From NCBI GenBank assembly GCA_038087875.1, contig CM075982.1, forward strand, positions 25,358,001-25,422,000: 64,000 nt of DNA, given 5' to 3'. Source of the DNA: Malacoraja senta (Eukaryota). The notes under the pieces were generated by a model. It had not been told where the DNA came from, made no database searches, and was given only the letters and a program-made list of their open reading frames with translations. Shown here one piece after another: positions 12,676 through 24,739 of this stretch (the stretch's first letter is position 1; each line of letters opens with the position of its first letter). The position numbers were made by a program, and so were the translations under genes.

Positions 12676-13907
12676 ATTAACCTAATCATAGAAGAGATTT
12701 TCCAAGAAAGCTTGTTAATTTGCAGTTTCAGCCTGTTGAATGAAGAATGAAGAATGAAGAATGAAGAACCTTTACTCCCAACAAATCTCAGCCTCCTACT
12801 GAATCTGAACCACCTCATCTCCTCCTCCACCTTCAAACACCATCTTCTCCCACATCTGATTTTAGCACTCCCATCCATCCAATGGTGGTGATTATATCCT
12901 CTCTCCCCTCCCCATTCCATCTCCCAACCTGCTAACCTGCATTGTTAAAGGCTAAAGTCTATAAACATAGAAACATAGACATAGAAATTAGGTGCAGGAG
13001 TAGGCCATTCGGCCCTTCGAGCCTGCACCGCCATTCAATATGATCATGGCTGATCATCCAACTGGCCAAGCCACTGAGTTCAATATAACCTACGTGCGTG
13101 TCCAGGTACATTTGGTGCTCTTATTGTATAGTCCTCTGGAGATCCAATGTGGGAGATGAATGGGAAACTTCAATGTTGAGTCTGTCAAGTTTAGCTACAG
13201 TTTATGTTAACAGACTCTATTTTACAGGTTAACTTCGTCATTATCCAAACATTACTTCAAAGTGCCAAAGACTTAAAGCACATAGTATGAATGCTGACGT
13301 AGTTTATTCCGTGGCAGCAATCTAATTCTCTGTGAAAGTTAGTGAGTGGTGTCAGAAGAACCTTTTAACCATGATTGAACACTCTATTTTAATGCTGTCA
13401 AAGTCAGAACTACCAGCCAAAGATCAGTATCTGCTCTTTGCTCAGTAAAGGAAGATTTGCATTTATATAGCATATTTTAGAACCGCAGGAGATTCTATAA
13501 TGCACCTACAGCCACTGGAAACCCATCAGTAGTTATATGATAATAGCCAGATAGTTTATTTTTGAGATATTGACCGAGGGATGAACATATGTTTGAACAC
13601 CAAGGACTCTTGGTCCTTGACAAAGTAGCATCTGAAAAAGCAGATAGGTTTTACTGTAATGTTTTAATTGAAAGATGATTTTTCTGGTCTTTTTATATTT
13701 CTCCTCTCTAAATCTAATACTATCCCCAATTTATTTTGAAATCCATGGTTAAGCCACCTTTCTGATTTTATTTACATTATGGGACTACTTTTATTACTTC
13801 ATCCCTCTTGCAAGAAATGCCAACAATGTAATGATTATTTACTTAACCATGTTTCTTATAAGAAGACATGCAGATCCCACAACCTCACACAATTTGACCA
13901 CTACTTT

Positions 13908-14400
13908 GGAGACACAAGGACCATAGATGCTAAAATCATGAGCAAAACACAAGCTACTGGAGGAACTCAGCGGATCAGGCAGCATTTATGGATGGAAATG
14001 AACAGGCAATGTTTTGGATGAGGACTTTTCTTCAAGACTGGAGTAGAGGGGAGATAGCTGGTAGAAAGAGGTGAATAGAAGGGGTCAAGGGCTGGCAAGT
14101 GATAGGTGGATCCAGGAAACAAGGGGTTGGTTGGCAGATGAATCAGGTGGTGGAGATGATGGAGGTGATGATCACAAAAGATTAAAGTGCAGAAGATAAA
14201 AGGATGCAGAGGGTGAAATCTGAGAAGAAAGGAATGCGAGTAGTGAAATGTAAAAAGCAGGGGGGAGGGATAGTTGCTTGGAATAGGAGGAATAGAGGAC
14301 TGGTGGGGGGGGGGGAGGTAGGGGTGGGTGATAAGCAGAAGGAGGAGGTGGAGGAAGTAAAGGAAACTGGGATGACAGAGCAGGGGGAGAGTATAGAAAG
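13908..14400 (-). mobile_element. Penelope-like element 3' end, older
   Basis: Family tail, degenerate hammerhead at ~14010-14038, and a long purine-rich tract that is pyrimidine-rich on the minus strand. Confidence 0.65.
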
Positions 14401-15400
14401 TTGTGTGTGAGGACCTCACATTTTTATTTCTACTCCTCCTGCCAAAATGCACAGACATTTTGTAAATATGACTTGTTTCCAGCCAAAGTTTACTACTTGA
14501 AAACAATTAATCTCACCTTGGGTTGCATGTTAAGAATCCTCTATCGATATATTTCTCTCAACCATATGAACTTTTACCTTATGGAGTAAGTTTTATCTGG
14601 CACCATATCCACTTGCTCCCTTTATCCATCCTGCTAGATACATCCCCAAAGAACTTAATTAATTACTAATGTCTAATTTCTCTTCCATAAAGCCGAATCA
14701 TGTTTAGTTTCAATAAATGATCTATCATAATTTCCTTAATTCCAGATTTTTCCGACAACTGTTTTGGTGGTAACTGATATAGCTCTTATTTTATCTCCCT
14801 TGTTGAACAGCAGTGTTGCATATATTGCTTACTGATCTGCTAATACTTTTATCAGAACCAAGGCATTTTGAAGGTCACAACTAATGCACACACTATCTCT
14901 ACGGCCAATTATTTTAATCACATTAGGAATAAAGATCATAATTTATAGGAGATCAGCCATCCTTCACCCTATTCGTTCTTCTGGTAAAATAATCACTAAT
15001 TTATGAGAAAAACTTGGATGTTTTTCAGTTTTTTTCCCCTTGGTTAATTGCTATTTTTAGCCTGCTTTCAATGTTACAAAAATACCTGGTTAGTGTCTCG
15101 GCCATTTCTTTATTCCCTATTAATAATTCCAGTCTCATCTACGAAACCAATGCTTTTAGATTACGACTCACTTCCTCTTTACATATATGTCTATCTTTAT
15201 CCTTCTTGTTGTTTTATGCCTATATACTTTTTTTCTCAATTCTTAAGGTGTTTATTTTGGTCAGTTGTGGCCCGAATACCATGAATAGGCCCTTTTGCCC
15301 AAGATATTTGTATCGACAATGATGCAAATTAGACTACTCTCATCTGTCTGCACATGGTCTATATCCCTTCATTCTCTGCATGTTCATGTGCCTGTCCAAA

Positions 15401-15903
15401 TCCTTATAACTATAAAACTCTGATCTTGGATGTCTATTTATTTATTTATTTATTTGTGTGTGATCACCTCTTCTCGAAAAACGACACGGTAACGGTAACA
15501 TTTTTACATATTTCGATGGAGATTTATCCCGTGGAGTCCAAAATTGCCTTATCTGAAAAATGAATGCATTATTTCTCGAGTTATTAATCAAAATGTTCAA
15601 AAATCTGAAATAACTTAGAAAATAAAACCGGCTGGCTTTGGCTGATGACGTCACAATGGGTATGCACGCTGTGTTCCACTCGCTGCGAGTGATGTCACCC
15701 GGCCGCCGCTCGCTGTCGCTCCCCTCCCCCTCCTCACTCCCCCATCTACCCCCCTTCTCTCTCCCCCCCTTCTCTCTCCCCCCCTCTCTCCCCCCCCTCT
15801 GTGTGTGTGGGGGAGGTTAGTGTGTGTGTGTGACGCCGCAGGCCCCCCCTCCCCACAACCGCGCGTTGAGGGGATGGGACGCAACGGGTCCCACTTGGTC
15901 TAG
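15401..15903 (+). mobile_element. Non-autonomous Helitron
   Basis: Starts TC and ends CTAG. Subterminal hairpin TGGGAC-gcaacgg-GTCCCA at 15875-15893. Inserted between A and T with no TSD; removal restores the CR1-tail sequence cctgtccaaa|tatctcttaaa. Confidence 0.85.
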
Positions 15904-16245
15904 TATCTCTTAAAAATACTGAGGAGCTTAGGATGATGATAAGCCACCGTAATTAAATTTGGTCTACTGTTTTCTGGGATATTGCTGTTTACAGTGCCTT
16001 TATAAGTAGATTAGAACCCCTGGGACAGAGTGCGGAAGAACGTTATTTATTGAGTTGCTTGTCTCAAGGCACCTTGTTGTTTCTATTCAAATCAGTGAAT
16101 GCTGCTGTGTGCTGGAATAATTAGACCGGACATGATGTGTTGATGCATCTGACGTTTCAATCATTTGTTTTCTCTGAAATAAAATTGCTTGGTTTGCAAT
16201 CAACTTGCAACCACATTGTGCTGTGGATTAAGGTAGAGGTTAGAA

Positions 16246-17745
16246 TCTGAGCCATACAGCACAGAAACCAGCCCTTTGGCCCAGCTCATCCATGTCGACC
16301 AAGATGCTAGTCCCACTTATCCGCATTTGGCCTATACCTCTTCAACTCAATGGTATGAACATTGAATTCTCCAATTTTAGGTAACTACAAAACTCTCACC
16401 CTCTCTCTTCTTCCTCCAACTCCTCCCCCTCCCCCTCCCCTGTGCTACTGGACTTGCACCTATTTCTTCCCTTCCCCTCCTCTTCCCTTCCACCTATATT
16501 CCTTCCTCTAGCTTCACAATTCACAACTCTTCAATTATTTTGTCTCACACCTTCTGTCTCTTCACCTCTGGTCTTACTCCACCATCTGCCGATCAAGAAA
16601 ACCCCACCTGTTTCAACATAACCTGCCAGGCTTTGTCCTGCCCTTCCTCTCTTCCAGCTTTCTTCCTCCCCCTATATTCAGTTAGAAGAAAGGTCCTGAC
16701 CCAAAAGGTCACATACATGCTTTCCAGAGATGCTGCCTGACCCGCTGAGTGACTCTAGCATTTTGTGTCTTTTTTCTTACCCAGCATCTTCAGTTTCTTG
16801 TATCAAAATCTCCCTCTAAACCTTTTCTACCTTTATACCTATCCAAATTTCTTTTAAATATTGTTTTATATACCTGCCTAAACTATTTCCTCCGGCAGCT
16901 CGTTCTATGTGAAAAAGTTGCCCCTCATGTTCCTATTAAATCTTTCCCTCTCACCTTAAACCTGTGCCCTGTTTCTTGATTCCCCTACCCTGGGAAAAAG
17001 ACTCTGCACATTCACCCTATGCATTCCACTCATGATTTTATTCACCTCTAGAGGTCACCGCTCAGCCTCCTGCATTCCACGGAATAAAGTCCTAGCCTGT
17101 CCAAATTCTCCCTATAGCTCTGGCCCTTGTGTCCGAGCAACATTATTGTAAATCTTCTCTGTACACTTGCCAGCTTAATGGTATCCTTCATATACCAGGG
17201 TGTGCACAATTGAACACAATACTCCAAGTGCAACCTCACAAATATCTTGTACATCTGTAACATAATGTCTCAACTTCTATACTAATTTCCCTGACTGATT
17301 AATGCCAAAAGCCTTCTTCACCACTCTATCTATCTATTACACCACTTTCAGAGAATTATACACTTGTATGCCTAGACTTCTTTGCTCTCGAATGCCCTAC
17401 TGTTCACTGTAAAGGTCTTGTCCTGGTTTGACTTCCCATAATACAACATCTCATACTTATCTGCATTAAACGCCACCAGCCATACCTCGACCCACTTGCC
17501 TCACTGATCAAGATCCCCTTGTATTTCTTGATATCCTTCCTCAGTCTACGAAACTACTTAAGTTAGTGTCATCAGCAAACTTACTGATCATGCCTTGTAC
17601 ACTCTCATCCAAATCGTTGATATGGATGACAAACAGCAATGGGCCCAGCACTGAAGCCTACAGTTCGTCACAGATCTCCAGTTCGTAAAACAATTCTATA
17701 CCACCACCCTCTGTTTCCTACCACAAAGCTAGTTCTGTATCCAGT
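16246..17745 (-). mobile_element. CR1 LINE 3' fragment interrupted by a PLE
   Basis: ORF 17048-17263 reads LHLEYCVQL...LGLYSVECRRLSGDL. Minus-strand FADD near 17570. Confidence 0.85.
16338..16803 (+). mobile_element. Penelope-like element 3' end
   Basis: aatggtatgaacattgaattctccaattttaggtaa encodes NGMNIEFSNFR*, the same ORF end as at 25334-25369. Then pyrimidine UTR, degenerate hammerhead at ~16681-16712, and tail. Confidence 0.8.
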
Positions 17746-17899
17746 TGAGGCACTTCTGGCTCCTCTCAGGTTATTGAGTAGAGTCTGTATAACCACCGGT
17801 GCCAACAGGCCCTTATAAACAAGAAACATTATTATACATTTCTGAATGCCGAGCTTAAAGGCCCACCAAGAAATTGAGACTATTTCTTCACTTGCATAT

Positions 17900-18635
17900 A
17901 TTTTGATTTGGGCGCAGAGCAGTACGGAGGGAATGGTACACCGTTGTATTGCCATCTTTCTGTTTATTCTCAAATTTGAAGGAGAGCAAGGAGTTCTTCT
18001 TGTGTAGGAAAGAACTGCAAATGCTGGTTTAAATCGAAGGTAGACAAAATGCTGGAGTAACTCAGCGAGTCAGGTAGCATCTCTGGAAAGAAGGAATGGG
18101 TGACCTTTCGGGTCAAAAGCCTTCTTCAGACTGTCTGGGTTAAGACGTGGTCGGAGAGTCGGAGAGAAGGAGGATTCACAGAGGGGGAGCAGTGAGAGAG
18201 GATGTTGCTGAACTCTCATCGGAGAGAAGAGGAGAACTTCTTCAAAGTAGACATACCTTGAGGAGATTTTGCAGTGGAGCAGACAAAATGTGTAGGAAAG
18301 AACTGCAGATGCTGGTTTAAATCGAAGCTAGACACAAAATGCTGGAGTAACTCAGCGGGTCAGGCAGCATCTCAGGAGAGAAGGAATGGGTGACGTTTCG
18401 GGTCGAGACCCTTCAGTTCTTCTTGATGTCCTGGGTATTATTTATCCTTTCATCAAACATCACGAAAAATTAATTATCAGGTCATTATCTCTTTGTCATT
18501 ATGAGAGTCTTCTGTGCAAAACATTGACGCTGTGATTTTTAATATCGCACAGTAAACACACTTAATGGGCTATTAAGTGTTTTTGAATGTCCTGATGTGA
18601 TGAAAGTTACTATAAAATACAAATCTGATTTCTTT
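17900..18635 (+). mobile_element. Old Deu-domain SINE (SacSINE1-like) hosting a PLE insertion
   Basis: Contains gagcaaggagttct...atgtcctgg...atttatcc...aacatcac...ttatcaggtcattatc...tataaaatacaaatct. Related fragments occur near 5260, 13450, 19915, 23560, 29550, 31110, 38200 and 47460. Confidence 0.6.
18003..18414 (-). mobile_element. Tandem Penelope-like mini-element with two hammerhead-bearing repeats
   Basis: Two ~125-bp direct repeats whose hammerhead cleavage sites are 290 bp apart. Perfect 11-bp TSD agttcttcttg at 17992-18002 and 18415-18425. Confidence 0.85.
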
Positions 18636-19443
18636 TTTATTAAAGGAACATCGATCAGAAATGAAAGATAAAGATAACATGAGTCAATGTGTGAATCCTT
18701 TGAGTGGCCAAGTTTGAAAGATTTCTCTTGGTCTGGAGCTCTCATTTGGCATACCCAGTTATACATCCCAGAGACAGGGAAAAATGTGAGACCAGTAAGA
18801 CTGACCCACTGCCAAAATGTAACCAGCCATTTCCCAATCCCTTCAATTTCCATGTAACCTGCTCTGGGAGAGAAAATAAACAGGTCTCCAACATTCAGAC
18901 AATCAAACCTAAGTCACAAGATCATGTTGACTGTGCACATTTGATTGTGAACTAAATACATCCATTTGGTTTTCATGGATTTCTCCAGCCAGTAGATGTG
19001 TGGATTGCTTCTTTTTGTAGCTACACTAGGTCAGTGTTCACTGTAGTGAGGGAAGCACTACTTATGGCACCAGCCCTGTATCAAATGAGCACTAGAAGAT
19101 TATGGTCAGGGCTTCAGATATTCCCACATTTCACTCAAAACCTAACATGCATTCCATTTTGTCCTGTTGGCTGACCTACATTTCTAATATCTCTATGCAG
19201 TCAATTTTAATATATCTAGTGTCCCAATTATCTCCTCCTTCACTATTACTTTGGAAACCTCTTACTTCCCTGGTGAAGCCAGACGTAGACTGTTTATTTA
19301 GTATCTTAATAGTGACTTCAGCATTCATAAGTAAGTTCCCATTTTTGGGTACCGGTACTTGCACTATTGTTTGTTTTAATTTTGAATTCCCATTATGTTA
19401 GGAACTCATTTTTTCTCCTATGTTTTTTTCCCTTGTCTTTCAG

Positions 19444-19565
19444 TAATGCCCCCTTCTCATTGGCTGCAGCGTTGGCAAGGGCAACAACAAATGAAATCCT
19501 TCAGAGTGACCTTTCTCTTCTTCATTATGTGCCGAAGCTCTTGGATGGCACCGATGGGATTACAC
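19444..19565 (+). CDS. PPM1E: PPM1E (CaMKP-N/POPX1) coding exon 2
   Basis: Acceptor ttgtctttcag, donor gtaagt. Encodes [24 protein letters not shown]...DGTDGIT, resembling recalled PPM1[21 protein letters not shown]. 122 nt, phase 2 to 1. Confidence 0.9.
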
Positions 19566-19699
19566 GTAAGTAGTATGAAAACCAGGAGAGGGAAGATTGA
19601 ATCAATTCCTCCCTAAAGCTCCTATGGAGACACTTGGATTGTTTTACTCGAAGAGACTATCATTTATCTCTTAATTAGCATCAATAAAAATGAAGGCAG

Positions 19700-19900
19700 T
19701 ACAAAATACTGTAGATGCATCTGTAGCAAAATAGAAAACTGCTGGAGGAGCCCAGTGGGTCAGGCAGCATCTGTGGAAGAAATAGTCGACGTGGAAGAGT
19801 CTATGTATAGGGTCTCAGCCTAAAATGTTGGCTGTCCATTTCCCTCCAGAGGTACTGCCTGATTCACTGTGTTCCTCTAGCAGCTCTCCCTTTTTGCTCA
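19700..19900. mobile_element. Penelope-like foldback pair, degraded
   Basis: tgctggaggag...tcaggcagcatctgtgga followed by its reverse complement tccagaggtactgcctga...cctctagcag. Confidence 0.6.
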
Positions 19901-20909
19901 GTAAAAATACATTTCACTTTGCTAATTGTGGAAGCTTGCTGTGTGCAAATTGCAGCCATGTTTCCTAAATTGTGATTGCACTTCAGAGATACTTGATTTG
20001 CTGTGGAATATTTTGAGATGTCTTGAAAATGCAAAACTGTACAGAAATTCAGGCTTGTCTCCATTTAAGAATGTGTTGCTGCTGAACTAATGAGGGAGAG
20101 GAATCCAGGAAGAAGCATTTTATCTTGGGAGATAGCTACTGCACATTGAGGTTAGTTATAGTCTATGTTTCTCTGTTGGGTCTTTTCTGAAACAGTCCAG
20201 CTGGTGCTCTTTGCGGAGAAAGAGTGGGGGAGGGGGAAGAGATCTATTTGTAACCTAGTAGTTATCACCCAAGTGACAACGAGTCTCATCATATCTTTAC
20301 TCAACACCCCCCTCACACATAAAGCTGTGTGATACTCATATAGGTGCCTACACTTCCACCCCTCTCCTCACTAAAGATATACCCAAATGTTAGTGATAGA
20401 AACAGGACCTGGTTGATTACACTTCCCTGCACCATTAACCCAAGGTTTTGATGTCAATTGACTGACTCAATACACATATTAGAAATTCAGTTTGGGAATA
20501 CCTTATTTTTTTAGTTTGACATTGCATCAGTTTGGTGCTACCTGTGAGAAAACTGTTGAAAATGGAAATCTGCCAATTGCACAACCGTACCTAGTTGAAG
20601 GACATGTAGGGTGTGGATAAGTTTGATAGCAACGCAGATAAGCAGGCAAGCAGTGTAGTAGAATGAGAACAGAAAAGAGAGAATTTTATTTTATTGCTTT
20701 ACAAGCACCCTTGATTACTCAAACACGCTCACTGCAGTAACTTGACTTTTAAAATGTAGTCGTCGCACATCACACGTCAATGTGTTGTGGTCAAACACAG
20801 TAGCCTATTTGTGTACAATAAAGATTTCACAAATAACAGTGAGACAATCTATTTTGTTGACTTATTCACTGTTAAGTCAACAAGAAAAGTACATAAAGTT
20901 GCATCAACC

Positions 20910-21960
20910 ACTGTGCATGAATTATTTTGATCTCGGAAAGTCTTATGACACTATCAATCAAGTGGGCCTATGAAGAATCCTTCTTAGATGTCAAAAATTC
21001 ATTTCTATTCTGTGTCTGTACACAACAAAATTCTAATCTGTCTCTAGTGTACAACATCACTGGTCCGACAATAAAATCCACAATGAGACCCTGGAAAAGT
21101 TAGATTATTTTCCAGATCTCAAGAGCTACTTCTTGGCAAAGGCTGATGATGAAATTAACTACCACCGTAGTCTTTGCTATCCGAAGAAGAGGCTTCAAAG
21201 ATCAAGATATCAAGGGGCCAAAGTTCATAATCTAACCCAGGCGGCACAGATCTCCACTTTCCTGTATGGTTCAGTTACTGCAAACTAGAACTCCCTACTC
21301 AACAGCATAATAGGACCATCTTCACCAGAACAGTAGCAGTTAAAGAAGGTGTCTCACCACCACCTTTACAAGGGCAACTGGAATAGGCAATAAAGTACCT
21401 ATATCCATTAAAAAATGTAAAATGAAAAAGCTGATAATGAAGTCATACCACAAAATATCCCCAATCCACTGGCATAATAAGTAAACCAACATCAGCTTCC
21501 ATACCCAAATCAACAGCCCAACTTTAAGCCCCATATTACACACAGCTAGATTCAAGGGGCAGATCACATCATGTGCATGCCCAACACATAACTCCTGAAA
21601 CAGGCAAAACACAAAATGCTGGGGGAACTCAGTGGGTCAGGCAGCATCTGTGGAGGGAATGGACAGGTGATATTTCGGTTTGGGATCCTTCTTGAGACCT
21701 AATCCGAAGCATCACCTGTCCATTCCCTCCACAGAAGCTACCTGACCCTCTGAATTCCTCTAGCAGTTAGTGTTTTGCTTAAGATTCTAGCATCTGTAGT
21801 TTTTGGTGTCTCCTGAAATAGGCACTTTAGTTTTAGCTCTGTCATGGTAAGCGAATACCAGACAAACAGAGAGAATAACTAAACTTTGTTCTCAATGTCT
21901 CCAGAAGAAAATTTAATATTCTCCCCAATTTACAAAATTCTGTTATGCATGACTGTTCAA
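20910..21960 (+). mobile_element. Old RTE-like LINE remnant
   Basis: FDLGKSYDTINQVGL resembles the RT motif DLxKAFDxVxxxxLW. LEK..YF...ADDEI remnants also present. Heavily degraded. Confidence 0.4.
21607..21809. mobile_element. Penelope-like foldback pair
   Basis: Inverted arms meet just past a degenerate hammerhead. 15-bp TSD ctcctgaaaYaggca at 21592-21606 and 21810-21824. Confidence 0.8.
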
Positions 21961-23171
21961 AATTGCGAAATTCAGAATGGCAGAGAACCATGGGTCCCTC
22001 TATCAGTATGTGGATTCCCAGTGAGAATGGTGAAAGGAGCACACCTTATTCCACCCTAACCCCTCAGCTGCCTCATCGAACACTGCCTTTCCCATTTGTC
22101 AGTCTTTGGAGCCCACAGTGGCTTCATGAACCACCTCAGAACCCATGGATGGAAGCAAGTTATTATCAAACTGCAAGGAAATAAAAATATTTTGTTGGCT
22201 CTAGCTGATGGGTCACCATGTTGGCTCCACCATGTCCATTGTTCATTGGTGCTGTCAGATTCTTTACATTCACCTACAGCAGGAATTAGTGCATGTGTTT
22301 TTAACTTCAAAATATAAATATATATTTGCAAGTTTTATGAATAGGCACCAAATATCAAATATCACCATTCTCAGTACACGCCATAATCATTCCATTTACA
22401 TTAAGGCAACAAGACAACAGTTGTGACAGCTGCACCTCTTGACACATGGTTCTGGACCATGGTATGTGCCGATTTGGTTGTGGGCAACTTCTTGCAGCAG
22501 AAGACCTGCAGGTTTCAGACAAACTAGAGGGCACTAAGTTAATAATCATCAAGTAGCAGCTGTTTCAGTGTGCATACCTGGGAACAGCCCTCAGCCATTG
22601 AGTGCTGTGTAACACAGCTGTTGGGGATGGAACTCCACGGAGATCACTTCACCTCTTTCCAGACCTTCTTTGTAAATGTACATTCCAGAATTTGATGGAT
22701 GACGGTCTCATCCCCAAACAACCATCTTGAGGGCAGCCTGTGGGGAACTGATTCACTCTACCTCTCAACCGTTGCTAGCAGCATAACCAAGTGTTCTGAG
22801 AGAGCTTTATCCTCTGTGATCAAGGTCCAGAAACCTTCACCCATAGAGTCAATTGTTATTCTGCCTAATCTCTCCCTCACTGGGTTAATTGAGCTGTGAT
22901 GTAGTGATTGAGTACGGTTAAATACATGCCAAGTACACAGCTGGGGTGGTTTCCAATTAATGTATTCATAGTTTCTTTGAAGAGCTTTATTAAGCTACAG
23001 TTATGGATCCCCTGATGACTCTCAGTGAATCAGTTAAAAAGAAGAAATACATAAAGCTGGCTGGTTCCTTGAATAGCTCAGCTAGTTAAAATGCATGGCC
23101 AGTGATTCAGACCAAAGGGAATATGGTACCGGTTCAAACCTTGGCAAAGGAAGACTTTCATTTGTAGTGCG

Positions 23172-24520
23172 TCATAGAACAGGACAGCACAGGAACAAGC
23201 CTTTCGGCCCACAATGTCTGTGCCAAACATGATGCCAAGTTAAACTAATCTCCTCTGTCATATCCATCCATTCCTTGCATATTCATGTGCCTTTCTAAAA
23301 GCCTCTTAAGTGTCACTATTGTATCTACCTCTGCCACCTCTCCTGGCAGAGCTTTGCAGGCATGCACCATTCTTATGTAAAAAAACTTGCCTTACTTATC
23401 CCCATACGTTGCCCCTCACATCTTTAATCTATGCTCTCTAGTGCTTGATACTTCTACCCGGGGAAAAAGAGTCCTGACTGTACCCTATCTATGTTTCCCA
23501 TAATTTCACACACTCTTATCAGGTCTCTCCTCAAATTCCAAAAGCAATCTGCGGCCAATTAAGAACTTTTAAAGTGGTCAATGCAGAAAAGGGTAGCTAG
23601 TTGTGCCCAACAAGGTCCCATGATATTTGATTTGATTGAGAGATCAAAATCAGTCAACTTGTTTGGAAATGTTTTCAGGCTTTATTTCATGCAGGGAGTA
23701 GACAGGGTCTCAGTTTATCATCTTGCCAAAAATATGATGCCTCCTGACTGTGCGGCCCTCCATGAGTATGGCATTCTCAGTTCCACCCTGGGAGCATCAG
23801 CCTGGATTATGTTGTGACTTGAATTCACACCCCCAGATTAGACCACTATGCAAAGTCATAACAGATGGGCAATGCTCACAGGCATAGTTCATTGACAGTG
23901 GAGGCCTCTGATCTACTGTAATACACCTTTCACAAATGCTTCCCACCCCCCCCCCCCACCCCCCTTTAAAAACGGAAGCCTGGGACAAATCAAACTTATG
24001 GTTTCAAACCCATACCATGTCACTAAATAATACCATGGCAGTGCATAAAATACAGCCACTATAAGGCAACAAAGTTTTGGGCGTGATGTGCTTAGCAATT
24101 GTAACCCTTTCCTGAGACTAACCAACACCTGCACTCCTCCCTCACTCTGCTACTTGAGATTCTCCCTAAGCTAAATGATAGCAAAGCTGACCATTCATCT
24201 TAGAACATAGAACAGCACAGCACAGGTACGGGCTCTTTGGCCCACAATGTTTGTCCCGAACATGATGCCGGTAAACTGATCTGCCTGCACATGACCCAAA
24301 TCCTTCTATTCCCTGCACTTCCATGTGCCTATATAAAAGTCTCTTAAATGCCACAATCGTGTCTGCCCATAAAACCACCTCTGGCAACGCGTACCAGGCC
24401 CCCACTACTCTGTAAAAAACTTGCCCCACACATTTCCATCAAACTTCCCCCCTCTCACCTTGTAGCTATGCCCTCTAGTGTTGGAAATTTCCATCTTGGG
24501 GATAAAAGATTCTGACTGTA
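23172..24520 (-). mobile_element. Two CR1 3'-end fragments (23172-23540 and 24200-24520)
   Basis: catagaacag.acagcacagga/t tails with cggcccacaatgt...aacatgatgcc. Confidence 0.65.
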
Positions 24521-24535
24521 TAGATAGGTTATGAC

Positions 24536-24667
24536 GTGTAGGAAAGAACTGCAGATGCTGGTTTAAATCGAAAGTAGATCACAAAATGCTGGTGTAACTC
24601 AGCGGGACGGGCAGCATCTCTGGAGAGAAGGAATGGGTGACGTTTCAGGTCGAGACCCTTCTTCACA
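24536..24667 (-). mobile_element. Penelope-like short solo copy (132 bp)
   Basis: Perfect 10-bp TSD aggttatgac at 24526-24535 and 24668-24677. The element edge cuts the hammerhead core (TGAAGA...GAAACGTC). Confidence 0.85.
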
Positions 24668-24739
24668 AGGTTATGACCTTCGATTGACATGCCCCTGGTT
24701 CTTTTTTCCATTCAAGTTAGGCACCCAATTATCTTGGAC

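Noticed and set aside
13967-14506. 179-aa His/Pro/Leu-rich ORF (likewise 25347-25895)
   Set aside because: Translation of the pyrimidine-rich PLE 3' UTR; a low-complexity artefact.
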